Shown: piece after piece, positions 61,476 through 64,000 of the stretch
How the letters are laid out: the number at the start of each line of letters is the position of its first letter
Position numbering within the stretch: position 1 is the stretch's first letter
Notes under the pieces: model-generated
The model's database searches: none
What the model was told of the DNA's origin: nothing
The model's input: only the letters and a program-made list of their open reading frames with translations
Program-made: the position numbers and the translations under genes
Assembly (NCBI GenBank): GCA_963707915.1
Contig: OY970178.1
Coordinates: 160,001-224,000, forward strand
Origin: Candidatus Eiseniibacteriota bacterium
GTDB lineage: Bacteria > Eisenbacteria > RBG-16-71-46
Direction of reading: 5' to 3'
Length of the DNA stretch: 64,000 nt

Positions 61476-63729
61476 CTACCCGCCCGCGCCGAGCTCCTGC
61501 CGGGGCGCCGACTGCCGGGGCTCCGACACGTACTCGCGCGCCGGCTCCTTGCCATCGAGCACCCGGAGCGCGCCCTTGACCAGGGCGGAGAGCTCGTTCT
61601 CGCCGGCGTAGACGCTGATGCCGCAGCCCACGGCGGCGAGCAGGCGCTCGAGGTCGGCCACCAGGCGCTTCGAGCGGGCCATGCCGCCGGTCAGCAGCAC
61701 GCGGTCCAGCGGCTGGCCGTCGAAGGCCGGGATGAGCGAGGCGATCTCCTTGGCGATGCGGTAGACCATGCGCCTCGTACACCCGCGCGGCGTCCGGGTC
61801 GCCGGCGTCGATGCGGCGCTCGACCTCGCGCAGGTCGGCGGTGCCGAGCAGGTCGACGAGGCCGCCGCGCCCCTTGTTGAGCAGCTTGAGCTCGGGCTTG
61901 GTGTAGCGGCCCGAGAAGCACAGGTCGATCATCTGGCCGGTGGGCATGCCGCCCGAGCGCTGGGGCGAGAACGGCCCCTCGCCGTCGAGTCCGTTGTTGA
62001 CGTCGATGTAGCGGCCGCGCTTGTGCGCGCCCACGGTGATGCCGCCGCCGAGGTGGCAGACGACGACGTTGACCTTCTCGTAGAAGGTCTCGTGCTCCTC
62101 GGCGTAGCGGCGGGCGGTGGCGATCTGGTTGAGGGCGTGGCTGATGACCTTGCGCCGGACGGCCTTCATGCCGGTCACCCGCACGCGCTCCGCGGCCTCG
62201 TCCACCACCACCGGGTCCACGATGAAGGCCGGCGTGACGTGCTCGGTGGTCAGCTCGCGGGCGATGAGCGCCCCGAGGTTCGAAGCGTGCTCGCCGTAGC
62301 GCGCCGCGCGCAGGTCGGCCACCATGTCGTCCGAGACCGCCAGCGTGCCGTGCGGGATCGGGTGCAGCAGGCCGCCGCGGGCCGCGACCGCGTCGAGGTC
62401 CGCCACGTTCAGCCCGTGGTCGGCCAGGGCCCGGGTGATGATCTCCTTGCGGAAGGCGTACTGCTCGGTGATGCTCTTGCCCTCGAAGGGGAGCAGTTCC
62501 TCGGCGGTGTGCTGCAACTCGAGCGCGAACCGCTCCTCCTCGCCCTCGTAGACGCCGATCTTGGTGGAGGTCGAGCCCGGGTTCACCGCCAGCACGCGGT
62601 GGCGGCGGAAGTAGGTGTCGCGCGGCGTGCGCTGCCACTCGCCGAAGCGGTACATGCGCAGCACCGACGCCTTGATCGCGAGCCGGATGTCCTCGGGCGT
62701 GCAGTCCATCGGCAGGTCCACGCCGCGGAAGCGCAGGCCGAACATGGCCGGGAACTTCTTCGCCTCGGGGAAGCGGGCCGCGTAGAGGTGGTAGAGCAGG
62801 TTCCCCATCTCGAGGTTCGGGCAGATGATCACGTTGGGGCTGCCGCCCCACTTCGCCTCGCGGTCCCCCTCGTGGTACATGGCCGAGCGCTGCGACAGCG
62901 CCACGGAGACCTTGACCTCGCCCTGGATGCGGATGCTCGCGTAGCGCTCGCCCTTGTCGACGCGCTCGGCCAGCACGTCCGGGATGAGCGCCATGGCCTT
63001 GCGCACCAGCTCGGGCGAGGGCCCCTCGTCCGAGCCGCGGTTCGAGTACGAGACGATGACGCCGCGGATCTCGGGCAGCACGTCCGGCGGGATCAGGTCG
63101 CGGGCGACCACGCAGGTGCCGACCGCCACGCTGGCGAGCACCTCGGGCGTCATGGTGGCGTTCACGCCGACGTCGCCGAAGACCACGATGTTGTGCGGGA
63201 ACACGTCGGGCGCGGCGTCGGCGGGGAGCACGAACACTCCCGCCTCGCAACGCACCTGCTGCTTGGCGAGCAGCCGGAGCATCGGCCGGAAGTAGTCCTT
63301 GGGCGCGTGCCGGGCGCCGGCCACGACCGTGTCGGCGTGGTCGCGGCGCACCGACCAGATGCCGAAGCGGGCGGGCTCCATGACCATGCGCTGCGCCGCC
63401 TCGAGCGGGATCGGCGAGGCCATCTCCTGGCAGAACTCGAACTGCGCCCGGGCGAACTCCTCGACCAGGTCGGTGCGCGCCGGGATGTCCACGAACGCGC
63501 TCTCCGACAGCATGAACTCCACGCGGTCCGAGTCGACGTGGCCGAGGTCGCGGGCGATGACGTCGCGCACCTGCGGCTCGGGGGCCAGGAACACGGGGCG
63601 CACGAAGCGGGCGAGGTGGCAGACGGCCTCGAGGATGCGCGGGTCGAGGGCCTCGGGGAAGACGACCGTCGGACGGATCTTGGCGAAGCTCTGGATCTGC
63701 CGGTCGAAGCTGCCTTCGATATCGAACAT
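61476..63729 (-). CDS. buk: Pta-like domain::butyrate kinase fusion with one apparent frameshift near 61770
   Basis: N-terminal half VVFPEALDPRILEA...ICPNLEMGN. C-terminal half LAVNPGSTSTKIG, ARGGLL, HASNLG, HALNQ, HLGGGIT. 'VYEA|MVYRIAKEI..LTGGMA..GENEL' continues in another frame. Confidence 0.85.
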
Positions 63730-64000
63730 GCGGCCTCTGGCTCCCGCACCGGCCGGGAAGCGCGGCCGGCAGGGCAGGGGTACGGGTTGAAGCAACGTCT
63801 GACCGGTGACACCGGTCGCGGCGCCGCATTCTAGCAACGGAACGGCCCGGTGGGTACCCGAGCGCCCGGTGCTTGCGGGGCGGGCGCGAACCGGGTCGCC
63901 GACCGGGCCCCGGCGGCGCGGGCGCCGCCGCCGGTCAGCGGGGTGCGGTCCGTTCGAACGCCGCGGCGATGCCCGCGGCGCTCGCCGGCACGATCCCGAC

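Noticed and set aside
2020..63834. Many long overlapping antisense or alternate-frame ORFs in the track
   Set aside because: Expected in very high-GC DNA with few stop codons. They overlap well-supported genes and have R/P/G/A-biased composition.

Overview
High-GC bacterial chromosome segment. A C-terminal TWGQIKSLYR motif and PPxxIxDL/WTAPGDDG FN3 repeats suggest Ca. Eisenbacteria or a related FCB-group lineage (inference). 1-19.4 kb is accessory DNA cut into three integrase-free segments, each ending in a diverged ~140-200 bp repeat that terminates in the 3' end of tRNA-Cys (ends at 8053, 9958, 19433). Segment A carries an ars operon (arsR, arsC, acr3, arsP-like permease, two thioredoxin-fold genes, ccdA-like), a gene missing from the ORF track with in-frame tandem TGA-TGA and a SECIS-like hairpin (candidate Sec-Sec selenoprotein), and a second arsR plus a Cys-rich MacB/FtsX-type ABC operon. 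Segment B carries a COG4705-type membrane protein. Segment C carries a cyclic beta-1,2-glucan synthase-like gene broken by six single-base frameshifts. 19.9-52.5 kb is mostly ordinary core content (P-type ATPase, YajQ, glycosyltransferases, hybrid kinase, fumC, tal, pgi, pckG, glk, M48 peptidase). tRNA-Leu(TAA) at 52.6 kb hosts a 2.75-kb integrase-less island bounded by a 49-bp att repeat. The right end has two secreted proteins, a PAS-PP2C phosphatase, ptb, and a Pta-like::butyrate kinase fusion. All calls are by-eye motif recognition; no searches or computations were run.
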